A stretch of 64,000 nt of DNA from a virus, in IMG/VR virus record IMGVR_UViG_3300045970_000455, positions 11,866 to 75,865 of that record; one strand, given 5' to 3'. The translations under genes and the position numbers were made by a program. The notes under the pieces were generated by a model that saw only the letters and a list, made by a program, of their open reading frames with translations, had not been told where the DNA came from and ran no database searches. Of this stretch, positions 1-9,865 are shown in pieces. Positions within the stretch are counted from its first letter, which is position 1. Every line of letters begins with the position of its first letter.

Positions 1-359
1 TTAGTTATGTCAACTGTTATCATAGGAATAAATCTTGTATTGTTCCATACATCTGTATGTAATATATTCAATACGCTGTTATGATATGTCACGGGGTAGT
101 CAAATGTAACAATATACCCTGCATACAACAATCCTGCCACTAATGTGTTCCAGTCATGTGCTGGATGAAAACTTCTATTTGCACATAGGTATATATGATT
201 TATGCTGTTATCTGTGGCACGAATATGTATTTCGATAAACGGTTGAAACTCTTGCACAAATAAGGTTTTCATCCCAAATGCCGGCGTCTTTTCCACCTCC
301 ATACCAATCATGTATGTTGTTCTTTTTTTGCCCATGAACTCTTCCCTGACTTCTTGCAT
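1..359 (-). CDS. Conserved phage protein of the TGT/glycosyltransferase cluster (3' end runs off the window)
   Basis: Not in the ORF track. Hand translation from ATG 359 is open to the window edge: MQEVREEFMGKKRTTYMIGMEVEKTPAFGMKTLFVQ...HIYLCANRSF...FIPMITV. I recognise the GxEVExTPAxGMKTLFV motif from phage genes neighbouring TGT-like genes. Confidence 0.7.
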   Translation of the reverse strand, partial: MQEVREEFMGKKRTTYMIGMEVEKTPAFGMKTLFVQEFQPFIEIHIRATDNSINHIYLCANRSFHPAHDWNTLVAGLLYAGYIVTFDYPVTYHNSVLNILHTDVWNNTRFIPMITVDIT

Positions 360-362
360 AGC

Positions 363-1199
363 TTATTCTGCCTTTAATAGATTGTGCATTGTTGTAAATG
401 TGTTGTTGATAAGATTTACCGGTTTAGATATATCATATGTATCATCTGCAAATTCTTTAATAATCATATCTATGTTATCAGATAGCACAGTAGATGTTGG
501 ATCAAGATTAAATACAACACCCAATCCTGTTGGAAATGTAGGTATGGTATAGAGTTTCAAGTCTGGCCTGTATTTTGCCAAGATAGGCATAATCTTCCAT
601 GTGTCGCCTGCCCAATATACTGTATTCCACGCTCTTGTTGCTGTAGCAGGAATAGCAGGAAATACATCATGCATAGCAATAACTGTATTCTTGCCAGATG
701 ATTTTTCTACGTTAATGAAATCTCGTAGAACTTGATCATAATAGTGTAACCCGTCAATAAACGAAAAGTTAATACACCCTGTCCCGAACTCATTTACCCC
801 TTCACAATCTTTTACATTATGATTAGAAAAGAAATCATCGCTTGTTGTTTTAAAAATCTTTGCCCATGCATCGAACCCATGCACTATCTTTGGAGCAGGA
901 TCGATACCAACCGAATGTGTATCTACGTTTGCAAACTGTAATGATTGCCCCGATTCAACACCGATTTCTAAATAGTTCTTAGGTTGTAGTGTTGTGTGAA
1001 ACCACTTTAACCATTCTAAATATGTAGGGCCAGGAAACTTATTAATAGTAAGTTCATTATGAATGCCACGCTGAACCTCCATTAGTTCTTTATTCTGCGG
1101 ATGCTTATCTAATAATGCGTCACACAATGTATCTGCACCAACAAAATCTCCCACTTTTATTTTATTTCTTATTACTATTAAGTTGTCTTCTATGTTCAT
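363..1199 (-). CDS. Class I SAM-dependent methyltransferase (Methyltransf_24-like) with short N-terminal helical extension
   Basis: Motifs YLEIGVESGQS, VGIDP, FIDGLHYYDQVLRDF, MHD. Confidence 0.85.
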   Translation of the reverse strand: MNIEDNLIVIRNKIKVGDFVGADTLCDALLDKHPQNKELMEVQRGIHNELTINKFPGPTYLEWLKWFHTTLQPKNYLEIGVESGQSLQFANVDTHSVGIDPAPKIVHGFDAWAKIFKTTSDDFFSNHNVKDCEGVNEFGTGCINFSFIDGLHYYDQVLRDFINVEKSSGKNTVIAMHDVFPAIPATATRAWNTVYWAGDTWKIMPILAKYRPDLKLYTIPTFPTGLGVVFNLDPTSTVLSDNIDMIIKEFADDTYDISKPVNLINNTFTTMHNLLKAE

Positions 1200-1207
1200 T
1201 TTATGCC

Positions 1208-1366
1208 TTATACTAATTCTTCTACTACGCCTAATATTTCTGCAACAACAAACATTGTTCCGGCAAAAAATAAGTTACCTACTGCAAGATTACAGCCTGC
1301 TATAATGCGAATAGCACTTTTCACCAAACTAATGCGTTGGTGTAGCTTTGGATCCGGTGTCTTCAT
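1208..1366 (-). CDS. Small membrane protein (52 aa)
   Basis: Likely start MKTPDPK, just after the glycosyltransferase stop; hydrophobic; ends AEILGVVEELV. Confidence 0.6.
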   Translation of the reverse strand: MKTPDPKLHQRISLVKSAIRIIAGCNLAVGNLFFAGTMFVVAEILGVVEELV

Positions 1367-1367
1367 T

Positions 1368-2546
1368 TCAATATTTTTCCTTTGATACATATTTTCTATA
1401 GTCGTTTGTGTTTCTTGCCCATTCTTCTCCAACGCCTTCAAACACATCAAGCGTACGGTCGATTGTGCCATTTTGCCAATCACTAACTGCACCTGTTTTA
1501 TATCTCGATGGATTAACAAACATTTTTTCTAATCTTTCTACCGCATCATCTATGCTCCACGGTATATACATATTATCTGCATTATTAGCAAATACCTCTG
1601 GAAAACTTCTATATGCTGGATATAATGTTAGCGTGCCCAATGCATCAGCTTCACTCACTGTGTTACTTACCCAATCTTGCAATGCACAGTTAAATAAAAC
1701 GGTACTGTCTGCAAGTAATGCATAGTAGTCATTCTTCTTTAATCCTGTATAAACCTTAAAGTTTGCAGAACCACTATTTTCTAAATACTTTGCAAAATCT
1801 GTGTTATTTTTGTTATTGCTCTTTAGTTTAGGATGCCCACTAAACACGGCAAACTCCACATCAGGTCTAATCTTGTTAAACTTTTGAGCAAGCTGCATAT
1901 AAAATTCTGGTTGCTTCTCATCGTCCCATCTTGCTGCAAAACCAACACGCTGTTCGCGTGATGTGATAGGTTTGAGATATGGTACGCGACTTATAACTTC
2001 TTCTTTACCGAACGGTAATCCAGTTACATAAATAGGTGCCTTAAATCCTGCAATCCGTAAATGCGATACCATTTCTTCGCTTGCTACAAGAATGCCGTCG
2101 ACAAAAGAATCAACCATTTGTTCGAAAGGTCGCATCCATCTAAACATTCCTTCGCGATTTACAAAGTCGTCGGGGTCTATACTCTGTGCAAGACACCTAA
2201 CATATACCTTTGGTTTGAACTTACGCGGAACTTGATCCATGATGTAAGGTAACGATTCCATTCCGGGTGTAAACATATCTTCGAAGAATACAACATCTTG
2301 ACTTGTTACCCTACCTTCTTTCATTAGTTCTATTAGATTTGCCATCTGTGTCATACTATAGTATGTCCTACCATGTGCATCTAATACACTGCCTGTAACA
2401 ATCTTTTTATCTGTGGTAAGTTCGGAACCTAACACAATCTGATAATCAACGCCTCTGCGCTTAAACACTCGTTCGTTCCAGTCGCCGAGTTGTAAAGAAT
2501 AACGAGCCTCATATTGCTCCAATCCCATATAAAATAGTTTTCTCAT
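1368..2546 (-). CDS. GT-B fold glycosyltransferase (group 1-like)
   Basis: FAARWDDEKQPEF, ALQDWVSNTVSEADALG, YRSFPEV match the GT-B nucleotide-sugar-binding half. Confidence 0.8.
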   Translation of the reverse strand: MRKLFYMGLEQYEARYSLQLGDWNERVFKRRGVDYQIVLGSELTTDKKIVTGSVLDAHGRTYYSMTQMANLIELMKEGRVTSQDVVFFEDMFTPGMESLPYIMDQVPRKFKPKVYVRCLAQSIDPDDFVNREGMFRWMRPFEQMVDSFVDGILVASEEMVSHLRIAGFKAPIYVTGLPFGKEEVISRVPYLKPITSREQRVGFAARWDDEKQPEFYMQLAQKFNKIRPDVEFAVFSGHPKLKSNNKNNTDFAKYLENSGSANFKVYTGLKKNDYYALLADSTVLFNCALQDWVSNTVSEADALGTLTLYPAYRSFPEVFANNADNMYIPWSIDDAVERLEKMFVNPSRYKTGAVSDWQNGTIDRTLDVFEGVGEEWARNTNDYRKYVSKEKY

Positions 2547-2556
2547 AGTTTCTTTC

Positions 2557-2787
2557 TTAAAGGTGTTTTATGACATACACTAATGCGTCTTCACTGTTTA
2601 TTATAGCAGTTTCTTTAGAATATACACGATATTCATCTATATATTTAATCGCAGGTACAGGAACAACATGTATCATTTTATTATTAAGTTTTATTACCTT
2701 GCATATTTTGATGGTGTTGTGACGTGCTGCTACCACATACATACCTACACGAACTTGCACACCTAATATATCAAAATGTTCAGTCAT
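2557..2787 (-). CDS. Small SH3/KOW-like hypothetical protein
   Basis: DILGxxVRVGMYVV pattern; ATG 2787 overlaps the upstream stop. Confidence 0.6.
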   Translation of the reverse strand: MTEHFDILGVQVRVGMYVVAARHNTIKICKVIKLNNKMIHVVPVPAIKYIDEYRVYSKETAIINSEDALVYVIKHL

Positions 2788-2962
2788 TTTCTTTGTGCCA
2801 GCGTTCATCGTCATATTGCCTGTTTAACTCTTTTAATATTTCGGAGTCGATTACTTCCCTTATATACCGAGCCATCTGTAGTGCCATGTCTCGTTCCATG
2901 CGTTCTACTTTTGTATATTTTAGTATATCTATGACCTTATCTTTTAGCTGATCATCTGTCAT
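2780..2962 (-). CDS. Small protein resembling a helix of gp23-type major capsid protein
   Basis: Fills the operon gap with overlaps at both ends; contains MERDMALQMARYIREVIDSEILKELN. Confidence 0.55.
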   Translation of the reverse strand: MTDDQLKDKVIDILKYTKVERMERDMALQMARYIREVIDSEILKELNRQYDDERWHKEND

Positions 2963-3251
2963 AATCAACAACACGGATCAGTTTATCGCCCATCCAGTGA
3001 GAGCAAGATTCGTCGGCATCATGTTCAAAATCCTTAAGCATCTTCGCGAATTTTTTCTTTGAGATCTTTCTACCATCAATGATAGTTTCTCCTAAGAATT
3101 TTTGCGATACTTCCTCGAATGCATCTGCATCGTTACCTGAATCAATCATTGTCACTTCATCATATGCATGTTCAAGCGCATCGGCTTCAATAACATAACG
3201 TCGACGAAAGGTAGAAATAGTGTCTACCATGTATAGTTTCTTTTTAGTCAT
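2952..3251 (-). CDS. Conserved phage hypothetical protein
   Basis: Likely start MTKKKLYMVDTISTFRRRYVIEA, with ATGA overlap. Confidence 0.65.
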   Translation of the reverse strand: MTKKKLYMVDTISTFRRRYVIEADALEHAYDEVTMIDSGNDADAFEEVSQKFLGETIIDGRKISKKKFAKMLKDFEHDADESCSHWMGDKLIRVVDYDR

Positions 3252-3664
3252 TTTATACCCTTTAATATATCTACCACTTTCTGTTCTTCTGCCCATACTG
3301 CTTCTTGTTTGATTCTTGCATTTATATACTCTTTAATCTGGTGCCTTGAGCTCCATATTTTCTCTTCATAGAATGCTAACCCGTTGCAAGGACAGTCTAT
3401 AACAATAGCAACATCTCCAACATCTTTAGCCATTACACAATCTACAGCATAATGTATAACTACACCATCTGGATATTTTTTCTGTTTTTCCAGTGCATCC
3501 TCAATATAGCAATCATATTCTTCCGCATCGTGATCGATAATCTCTGCGTCAGGACAATAATGCTCCCTACCACAGAAGCCGCATGTCATGTAATGTGACC
3601 CGCCGCCCGATAGTGCATCGAGAAACATGTGAGATGGTTTTGTGGGAGATGTATAGAAACTCAT
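3248..3664 (-). CDS. Cys-rich hypothetical protein, possibly Zn-binding
   Basis: CGFCGREHYC and DCPCN; ATGA overlaps. Confidence 0.65.
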   Translation of the reverse strand: MSFYTSPTKPSHMFLDALSGGGSHYMTCGFCGREHYCPDAEIIDHDAEEYDCYIEDALEKQKKYPDGVVIHYAVDCVMAKDVGDVAIVIDCPCNGLAFYEEKIWSSRHQIKEYINARIKQEAVWAEEQKVVDILKGIK

Positions 3665-3867
3665 CTTTTTCCTTTCTTATGCCGTATTCTTGTATTACCC
3701 TTTTTACCCGGGGAATCTGCGAACTCGGGACTACCACCGACCATAATAGAGTTTGCCAATATTAGTCCATTTAACAGGCCATGCATATATCCCTTTTCGT
3801 TTGAATCTCGCTGAATAGCTACAAGTTTTGACAATGTAGATAATCTATGCTGAAGATCATGTTGCAT
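3661..3867 (-). CDS. Hypothetical protein
   Basis: Operon-coupled; YMHGLLNGLILA motif. Confidence 0.6.
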   Translation of the reverse strand: MQHDLQHRLSTLSKLVAIQRDSNEKGYMHGLLNGLILANSIMVGGSPEFADSPGKKGNTRIRHKKGKR

Positions 3868-5428
3868 CGTCGGTATTATCTTCCTGAGCTAATGTATCAT
3901 TATCTTCCCCTGCCATTTCCTCCACTGTCGGAAATTCAGTTGTAGAGTTAGGATCGTCATCACCAAACAATGTGCTAAATGTTGTCTTTGTCTTCTTGTT
4001 GCCAAAGCTAACATAGTTAAGAAACTGTAAGTTATCCTCCAACATTTCATACGGATGTTCATTAGCAGGATCAAACAACTTTTCAATAAAATCATTAAAG
4101 TAGATAATAGAGTTGGGAACAAAGTCACTCTTATTTGCTTTCTTATCCCGCATCTTATACCAGTCTTCAAAGTTTACATCTTTTCTTGTGGCGTAGTCTA
4201 TATCTGCAAGCCTGTTTATTTCTTGTATAGCTTGTATGTGATTATATACATTGTGTGCCATAACAAGTGCGTAACTTGTTGTATCCCAACTTGTCTTACC
4301 TATCTTGTTATGCTTATTAGCATCATTAGGTCCCATAACGCACACATCGCTTGTGTATAAACGTTCCATAATAGGGCCTTGGAATGGCATCGCTAACTTC
4401 TGTTCTTTTAAACCTTTGTCATCAATACCGCTTCCCATAGCATACGTCAGCCGATCTGGATTAAAGTAGTTATAGTTGTAAGATAGTGCATATCCGCCTG
4501 CTGCAACAAAAGGTGATGCAGCGTCAAAGCTAATATTAATGTTAGGATTGTGATGTTTCTTTAACACACGTTCTATAGATGTTAAATAGCACGCCCAGTC
4601 TAATCTTCCAATACCCAAAAAGTGTATCCAGTCCTTGCCTTCTAATAGACCATCGTCGCGTAGGTTAAGCAATCTCTCTAAAGATGTTTTCATGTTTTGC
4701 ATATTAACACCGGCAAATGCCCATCCTTCGAATGTTCTATCTCTGGTATATCCCATTGCTTCAACTATATCAGGCTGGCTGAATACCTTTACAGAATCAT
4801 ACCATTCTTTAGAGTTTTTATTATCGCTTCCGGACAACACATTAAGAAACTTAGTCGCGCCGGGCACTCTATGCTTCATAAAATAGTGAAGATTATGTTC
4901 TGTAACATCTAAACAATCTGCAAAACTTGTCAGCCCTGTTTTCTCACTTAATGGAGGTAATGCTGCAAACGCAGGAATATCCAATGTCATAGACCAATCG
5001 GCTGTATGCTCTAAGAATCTAAGAATTTCTTCTCTTAACTTATCACCGCCCGGTCCTTTAACTGTTGTCCAGTCTAACTTGATAACACCTGTAGCAATCT
5101 GAAACCCACCAGAGTCGCCAATGAGTATAGTATTTTCTCTATCACGCTTATGGATCATAGGTTCTCTATCATCACATTTATTTAACTTACGTTCTGCGTG
5201 ACCTGCGCTATACAGTCCATACCCGTATGTATAGTAACTTTTTTCTGCGTCGAAAAAGTTAAGTCCTTGTATACCAAATTCAAACTTTTCAGGAACACGT
5301 TCCTTAGGAATAAAAGTTGGATCAAGCAAATCCTTTCCAAGATGTGTTGTATAGAATCCGGAAATCGCAGGTAGGTATTTAGCCCAGCGACCTTCTTTAT
5401 GTCGCTCTGTAAAGTTTACTATATTCAT
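3857..5428 (-). CDS. tRNA-guanine transglycosylase-fold enzyme, probably DpdA-like DNA 7-deazaguanine transglycosylase
   Basis: GDSGGFQ, MTLD, HFLG, SFDAAS and late HN motifs of the TGT fold; no CxCxxC Zn site; directly downstream of clamp and DNA polymerase. Confidence 0.75.
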   Translation of the reverse strand: MNIVNFTERHKEGRWAKYLPAISGFYTTHLGKDLLDPTFIPKERVPEKFEFGIQGLNFFDAEKSYYTYGYGLYSAGHAERKLNKCDDREPMIHKRDRENTILIGDSGGFQIATGVIKLDWTTVKGPGGDKLREEILRFLEHTADWSMTLDIPAFAALPPLSEKTGLTSFADCLDVTEHNLHYFMKHRVPGATKFLNVLSGSDNKNSKEWYDSVKVFSQPDIVEAMGYTRDRTFEGWAFAGVNMQNMKTSLERLLNLRDDGLLEGKDWIHFLGIGRLDWACYLTSIERVLKKHHNPNINISFDAASPFVAAGGYALSYNYNYFNPDRLTYAMGSGIDDKGLKEQKLAMPFQGPIMERLYTSDVCVMGPNDANKHNKIGKTSWDTTSYALVMAHNVYNHIQAIQEINRLADIDYATRKDVNFEDWYKMRDKKANKSDFVPNSIIYFNDFIEKLFDPANEHPYEMLEDNLQFLNYVSFGNKKTKTTFSTLFGDDDPNSTTEFPTVEEMAGEDNDTLAQEDNTDDAT

Positions 5429-5439
5429 TTAATACCTTA

Positions 5440-6177
5440 TTAGGATTTTCCAGCAGGGAGAATAAAACTGTATTTCCCAATACCGGAATCGATGTCGATT
5501 TTTAATGCGCCCATATCAGAAAAACTCATTGTAGCAGAAGCTGCACTATCTGTTAGTTTCAGGATGCTAATAACTTGCGTCAGTGGATATGTCCATTGAT
5601 GTTTCAATGAACCAGTTACATTTGTCTCAAATGGAACACTTGTTCTATCTGTTGGTCCTGTGCCAATACTGAATTTAAGTGTGCCCTTATCAACAATAAC
5701 AATAAACCGTTTTTCAACTCCACCAACAACACCACAGTTATCGCTAAGTAACGCGATAGATTTCTTCGACGGTGTTATAACAATATCCCATGTTGCACCC
5801 TTAAATGGTGGAACCTTAACTTGTTCGTTAATCATCGTTTCCGACATAAATCTATAGTTAGATACAAAGCCTTCTTTATTATCAAACACAACTTCAACAG
5901 GTACCGTTACTCCGTTACGAACTTCTGTTGCAATGCTAACAGAAGATCCTTCGTGCATACCAATGAATCCTTTTAGGATAGCAAGCCGCGATAGGCCAAT
6001 AGTGCTGTCAATACCTGCGATTGGTTGATTCATGCTGCCGTATATGATAACAGTGTTATCTACGTCTTTTGTTTCTAACTTGGCATCAGATGCCGTACCT
6101 ATTACCTTCACTGTCTCGATAAATCCGAGAGAACCGGTATGTTTAATGATATCTTTAAACTGATCAATGCTTGACAT
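5440..6177 (-). CDS. Putative DNA polymerase sliding clamp (gp45/PCNA-like)
   Basis: 245 aa, alternating beta/alpha pattern, ends KYSFILPA, adjacent to PolB; clamp loader also in window. Confidence 0.7.
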   Translation of the reverse strand: MSSIDQFKDIIKHTGSLGFIETVKVIGTASDAKLETKDVDNTVIIYGSMNQPIAGIDSTIGLSRLAILKGFIGMHEGSSVSIATEVRNGVTVPVEVVFDNKEGFVSNYRFMSETMINEQVKVPPFKGATWDIVITPSKKSIALLSDNCGVVGGVEKRFIVIVDKGTLKFSIGTGPTDRTSVPFETNVTGSLKHQWTYPLTQVISILKLTDSAASATMSFSDMGALKIDIDSGIGKYSFILPAGKS

Positions 6178-6216
6178 TCTTATTCCTTTATTTTTAAAAT
6201 TGCTAACCTATCACAT

Positions 6217-6245
6217 AGTATACGACATTTTTTGCAAAATGTCAA
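6217..6245 (-). promoter_or_regulatory. Sigma70-type promoter for the clamp/TGT/GT operon
   Basis: TTGACA-17-TATACT on the minus strand; overlapped by inverted repeat GACATTTT-N4-AAAATGTC (6224-6243). Confidence 0.85.
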
Positions 6246-6250
6246 ACGTT

Positions 6251-9202
6251 TCAGATGCCTGTGAAGTCAAATAACGTAGTCAAATGCGCGTGTTGCTTTT
6301 GTGTCTTTGTAAGATCCCATTTAAGGCATCCTACCAAGTTTTCTACCTTTTTATCGACAATACCCTCTTCCATTCCTTCTGAATCAAATGGTAGAGATGT
6401 GAACCATTCTGGCAAATGATTTTCATCTACAGGATAGGCAATAGATGTCATTCTATTATCTACAGTATCTTTCAGTTTGCACACAACAATCTTTTGACCG
6501 TCCACAATCCTCATTGCATGTTGGTCCATGTTTATTTCTTTTAATCTGTTCCATGCAAGACTCGCTGTAACATGACCCGGTACATGAAGATTGCCGGATT
6601 TCACACCTTTTAGTTTCTTAAGTGCTGCATCCTCTAATACTTCTTTGTAATGCGTTAGTCTATTAACTGCGCGTGGTGTACCTTGTTGCCAGGGTTTCAT
6701 ATCTTCGAACTTTTCTTTGAACTTCCTAACTTTGTCAAGCACATATGTTTCGCCCTTGTCTGTCAATGTATCCATTAATATTTCTGATAAGAATTCCTGC
6801 ACATACTTTGGCGTATCTGCTCGTTTTAAGTCAAGCCCCATAGCCTTAACTTTCCCGGGCTTATTTCCAACGTCAAGTCTTATACCATCCTTTTCATACA
6901 TCAACACAGCATATCGTTTCTTAACAATATATAATCCGCTTTCTGCTACCACTTCGCGTGAGCTTGCTATAACGCCCGTTGATCTCTTAATAGGTACATT
7001 TAACAATCCTAATAAGAACTCCGGGAATGTTGCAGATACCATCTTAGCAAGATTATTATATAACTCCACTACGCTTTCTTTTGTCCATACAACTGTGCCC
7101 TGCTTAATCTCATCCTTTAATATAGGATATGCTGAAAAATAAGTAGAGTCAGTATCACCATAAACAATAGAATCTCCATAATGATCATATATACCTGTTA
7201 TTACCTCGTTGGTTTTAGCAGCCATATGCTTTGTAATGGTTCTACCTGTAAGAGTGGTAGATTGTCCAAGACGTTGATCAAAGAATCTACTGCCAGCGTT
7301 TAATAACGCGCCGTATGCTGAGTTCAAGTTAATCTTTTTAACAAGCTGCCTCTTATCCCAAAAACCAACTACACGTTTCAATGATGGTTGGTCTCTGCTT
7401 ATTGCCTTTCCATCCTTCACTGTTAAGCTGTGTTGATTCATATACTGGATTACACGCTTCTTATGTCCTTCCGATATTAGTTCTTGCAATTTCTTCGGTT
7501 TATAAGACTCGGTCTCTATGTAGGGATTAGCCTTAATCTCTATGTCACTAATATCGCCTAAATCAAACAGATTTACAGGTACTTTAACGCCTTCTATCTT
7601 AGGGTTGTCTTCTAAAGACTGATAGTTAGTCATTATGCCTTGTAATACCTTACGCTCGTTATACCATCTTGTAAGCAGTGATGGAATAACCCCGTTTATG
7701 TCTGTTCTAAAGATTGTACCGTTGGCGCTTATACACCAAGTATTTTGATTACTGAAAATAAGCTCTCTTAACTCTGCACCAGTGATTTCGAATGAATCAC
7801 CGTTTTCCATATCCAATATTAGTTTGTTACCAATATCGCCGGAATAGAAATCTTCCATCTCTAACACATTAAATCTATCGTTCCACCACGATGCAAAGGT
7901 ATATTTGTTTCCTTTGCTTTCATGTGCAGCAATAGCTTCGTTTGTTCTATCAAGCCTGATCTGCCCGACTATTGTTTCGGGACTCATGTTGAGTGTTCTA
8001 ATAACCGATGGATACAAAGACTTCATGTCGGTTGATCCTAACCACTTATGAAGTCCTCTCTTTGGTGTTGCTACCCAACCACCCGCTGCTCTAACTTCTT
8101 TCTCGTTAGCACTGTGCTTCTTATCAGGGCATACCATATTGTTATGGTGTGCTTCCATCAACACATTTTGATCAGTTACAGCAACCGCACCCATTGTAGT
8201 TTGTATTAAAACACAACTTTGGTGAGCGATAGAGTTTGCTAAATCAATAAACTGTAGTTTCTTATCGAGCCTATCTAATAGACGTGTATCTTGTATGTTA
8301 TATTCTAAAAACTTTTTAAAGTCGTCATTATACAACTCGTCTAATGTGCCTTCATATTGTAGTTTTGTCTCACCCAGCTCTACGTCTGCAATAGCGTTAA
8401 GTGCGTAACTATGTCGTTCTTCGTAGTTATACTTCTTGTATAGTTGCATATAGTCGATTGATATTCTACCAATCAGGTCATATGTTTTTGCTTCTTGTCC
8501 GCCACGGTCAAATGTGCGTTCCTTTGGCATTTGTTCCCATAGGCACAATCTACGCGCTTCATTCTTACCAAGCACTTTCTTAATGCGATTTACCGTGTAT
8601 GGAATATCATATGCTTCGCTGTTCCAGCCGCTTAACACATCTGCGTCTTCGATAATATCTAAAAACGCCCTAAGCATGTCTGCCTCTTCTTTAAAGAGAG
8701 TGACATTGCCCACTTCTTCTGCTATTGCTTGCGCTTCTTCCCATGTTAGTGTTTCAGGTGGCACAGCAAAGCACACAATTTCGTCTATCCATTGCAGATG
8801 AACAGAAATTGCTGTTATGTAGTTGTTTGCCTCTGATGCTTCCGACCAGCCGAGTTCTTTATCAAAGCTGGTTTCAATATCAAAGAATGCTACATTAAGT
8901 GACGGTACTTCACCCGCCGCATAGTTATGCTCTAAACATCTAAAAACAGGATCAACATCACTTTCCCATTTTTTAGAGTTGCTTGATAGTGTTTTTAATA
9001 TTTTCTGTTTTTCTATAAACGTATTCGGTGTTACTTTCTTTACCGAATCGCCATATATGGATTTAAACTGACCTCTTGGATCTGTTAAGTAAAAATGATA
9101 ATCCGGCTGAAATTCTTTATATATCCGCTTACCGTTAACTCTTTCTACTATCTTTATTGTTTCGGAGTCGCCACCGCGCTTAAAAAATGAATCAATATAC
9201 AA
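6251..9202 (-). CDS. Family B DNA polymerase with 3'-5' exonuclease
   Basis: DIET, GWNSEAYD, YNIQD, DMKSLYPS, KINLNSAYG, YGDTDS. Probable TTG start at 9202 after the upstream stop, with GGTAGGGG RBS. Confidence 0.97.
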   Translation of the reverse strand: MYIDSFFKRGGDSETIKIVERVNGKRIYKEFQPDYHFYLTDPRGQFKSIYGDSVKKVTPNTFIEKQKILKTLSSNSKKWESDVDPVFRCLEHNYAAGEVPSLNVAFFDIETSFDKELGWSEASEANNYITAISVHLQWIDEIVCFAVPPETLTWEEAQAIAEEVGNVTLFKEEADMLRAFLDIIEDADVLSGWNSEAYDIPYTVNRIKKVLGKNEARRLCLWEQMPKERTFDRGGQEAKTYDLIGRISIDYMQLYKKYNYEERHSYALNAIADVELGETKLQYEGTLDELYNDDFKKFLEYNIQDTRLLDRLDKKLQFIDLANSIAHQSCVLIQTTMGAVAVTDQNVLMEAHHNNMVCPDKKHSANEKEVRAAGGWVATPKRGLHKWLGSTDMKSLYPSVIRTLNMSPETIVGQIRLDRTNEAIAAHESKGNKYTFASWWNDRFNVLEMEDFYSGDIGNKLILDMENGDSFEITGAELRELIFSNQNTWCISANGTIFRTDINGVIPSLLTRWYNERKVLQGIMTNYQSLEDNPKIEGVKVPVNLFDLGDISDIEIKANPYIETESYKPKKLQELISEGHKKRVIQYMNQHSLTVKDGKAISRDQPSLKRVVGFWDKRQLVKKINLNSAYGALLNAGSRFFDQRLGQSTTLTGRTITKHMAAKTNEVITGIYDHYGDSIVYGDTDSTYFSAYPILKDEIKQGTVVWTKESVVELYNNLAKMVSATFPEFLLGLLNVPIKRSTGVIASSREVVAESGLYIVKKRYAVLMYEKDGIRLDVGNKPGKVKAMGLDLKRADTPKYVQEFLSEILMDTLTDKGETYVLDKVRKFKEKFEDMKPWQQGTPRAVNRLTHYKEVLEDAALKKLKGVKSGNLHVPGHVTASLAWNRLKEINMDQHAMRIVDGQKIVVCKLKDTVDNRMTSIAYPVDENHLPEWFTSLPFDSEGMEEGIVDKKVENLVGCLKWDLTKTQKQHAHLTTLFDFTGI

Positions 9203-9203
9203 A

Positions 9204-9461
9204 TCAGATGCCCCTACCAATCTGCCCTAATAGATCTTCGACTTCTTCAAAATCTGCTCTTACGTTATTTAGATTTGCCTTATGTGCAATCTTTATCACT
9301 TTATTGAGTTGAGCAGGTTTCACTTCCAACTCTTCGGCTATAGCCTTAACTGTTTCGCTAAGACCTACTTTTAGGTCTTCACATTCCTGTAATACCTGCA
9401 CTCCGTCTGTTACCAGTTGTTTCAATCGTGACAAATTTGCGTCTGATAGTTTCGATGACAT
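9204..9461 (-). CDS. dsDNA-binding protein (T4 DsbA / GapR-like)
   Basis: LSETVKAIAEELEVKPAQLNKVIKIAHK coiled-coil pattern; AGGAGAG RBS before ATG 9461. Confidence 0.65.
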   Translation of the reverse strand: MSSKLSDANLSRLKQLVTDGVQVLQECEDLKVGLSETVKAIAEELEVKPAQLNKVIKIAHKANLNNVRADFEEVEDLLGQIGRGI

Positions 9462-9504
9462 AACTCTCCTTGATTTGTTGTGTGCTATACTTAGCAATAA
9501 AGTA

Positions 9505-9533
9505 AGTATAACTGTAATATTTTAGAAAGTCAA
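9505..9533 (-). promoter_or_regulatory. Sigma70-type promoter for dsbA-like gene and PolB
   Basis: TTGACT-17-TATACT. Confidence 0.8.
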
Positions 9534-9535
9534 TA

Positions 9536-9865
9536 TTATACAGCGAAACTCTGTCCGCAACCACATGTTGAGCTGCTGTTTGGGTTTTGTATTACAAACT
9601 GAGAACTCATTAGTTCTTCTTTATAGCTTACAGTAGATCCTACCAAATATTGATAGCTCATGGCATCCACAATAATAGTGACTCCGTCTTTTACTATTTC
9701 TGTATCATCCTCGGCTACTTCTTTATCAAAAGTAAAACCATAAGAAAATCCCTGGCATCCACCACCTTGCACAAATATCCTAAGTTTCTGTTCGGGGTCG
9801 CCGTCATCTATTATGAGGTCACGTATTTTGTTTATTGCCGAATCTGCGAATACGATTGGTTCCAT
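9536..9865 (-). CDS. erpA: A-type Fe-S carrier ErpA/IscA
   Basis: [42 protein letters not shown]. Confidence 0.93.
   Translation of the reverse strand: MEPIVFADSAINKIRDLIIDDGDPEQKLRIFVQGGGCQGFSYGFTFDKEVAEDDTEIVKDGVTIIVDAMSYQYLVGSTVSYKEELMSSQFVIQNPNSSSTCGCGQSFAV

Noticed and set aside
7360-7650. PolB insertion as an intein or intron
   Set aside because: No Cys/Ser start, no His-Asn end, no endonuclease motifs; the frame is continuous.
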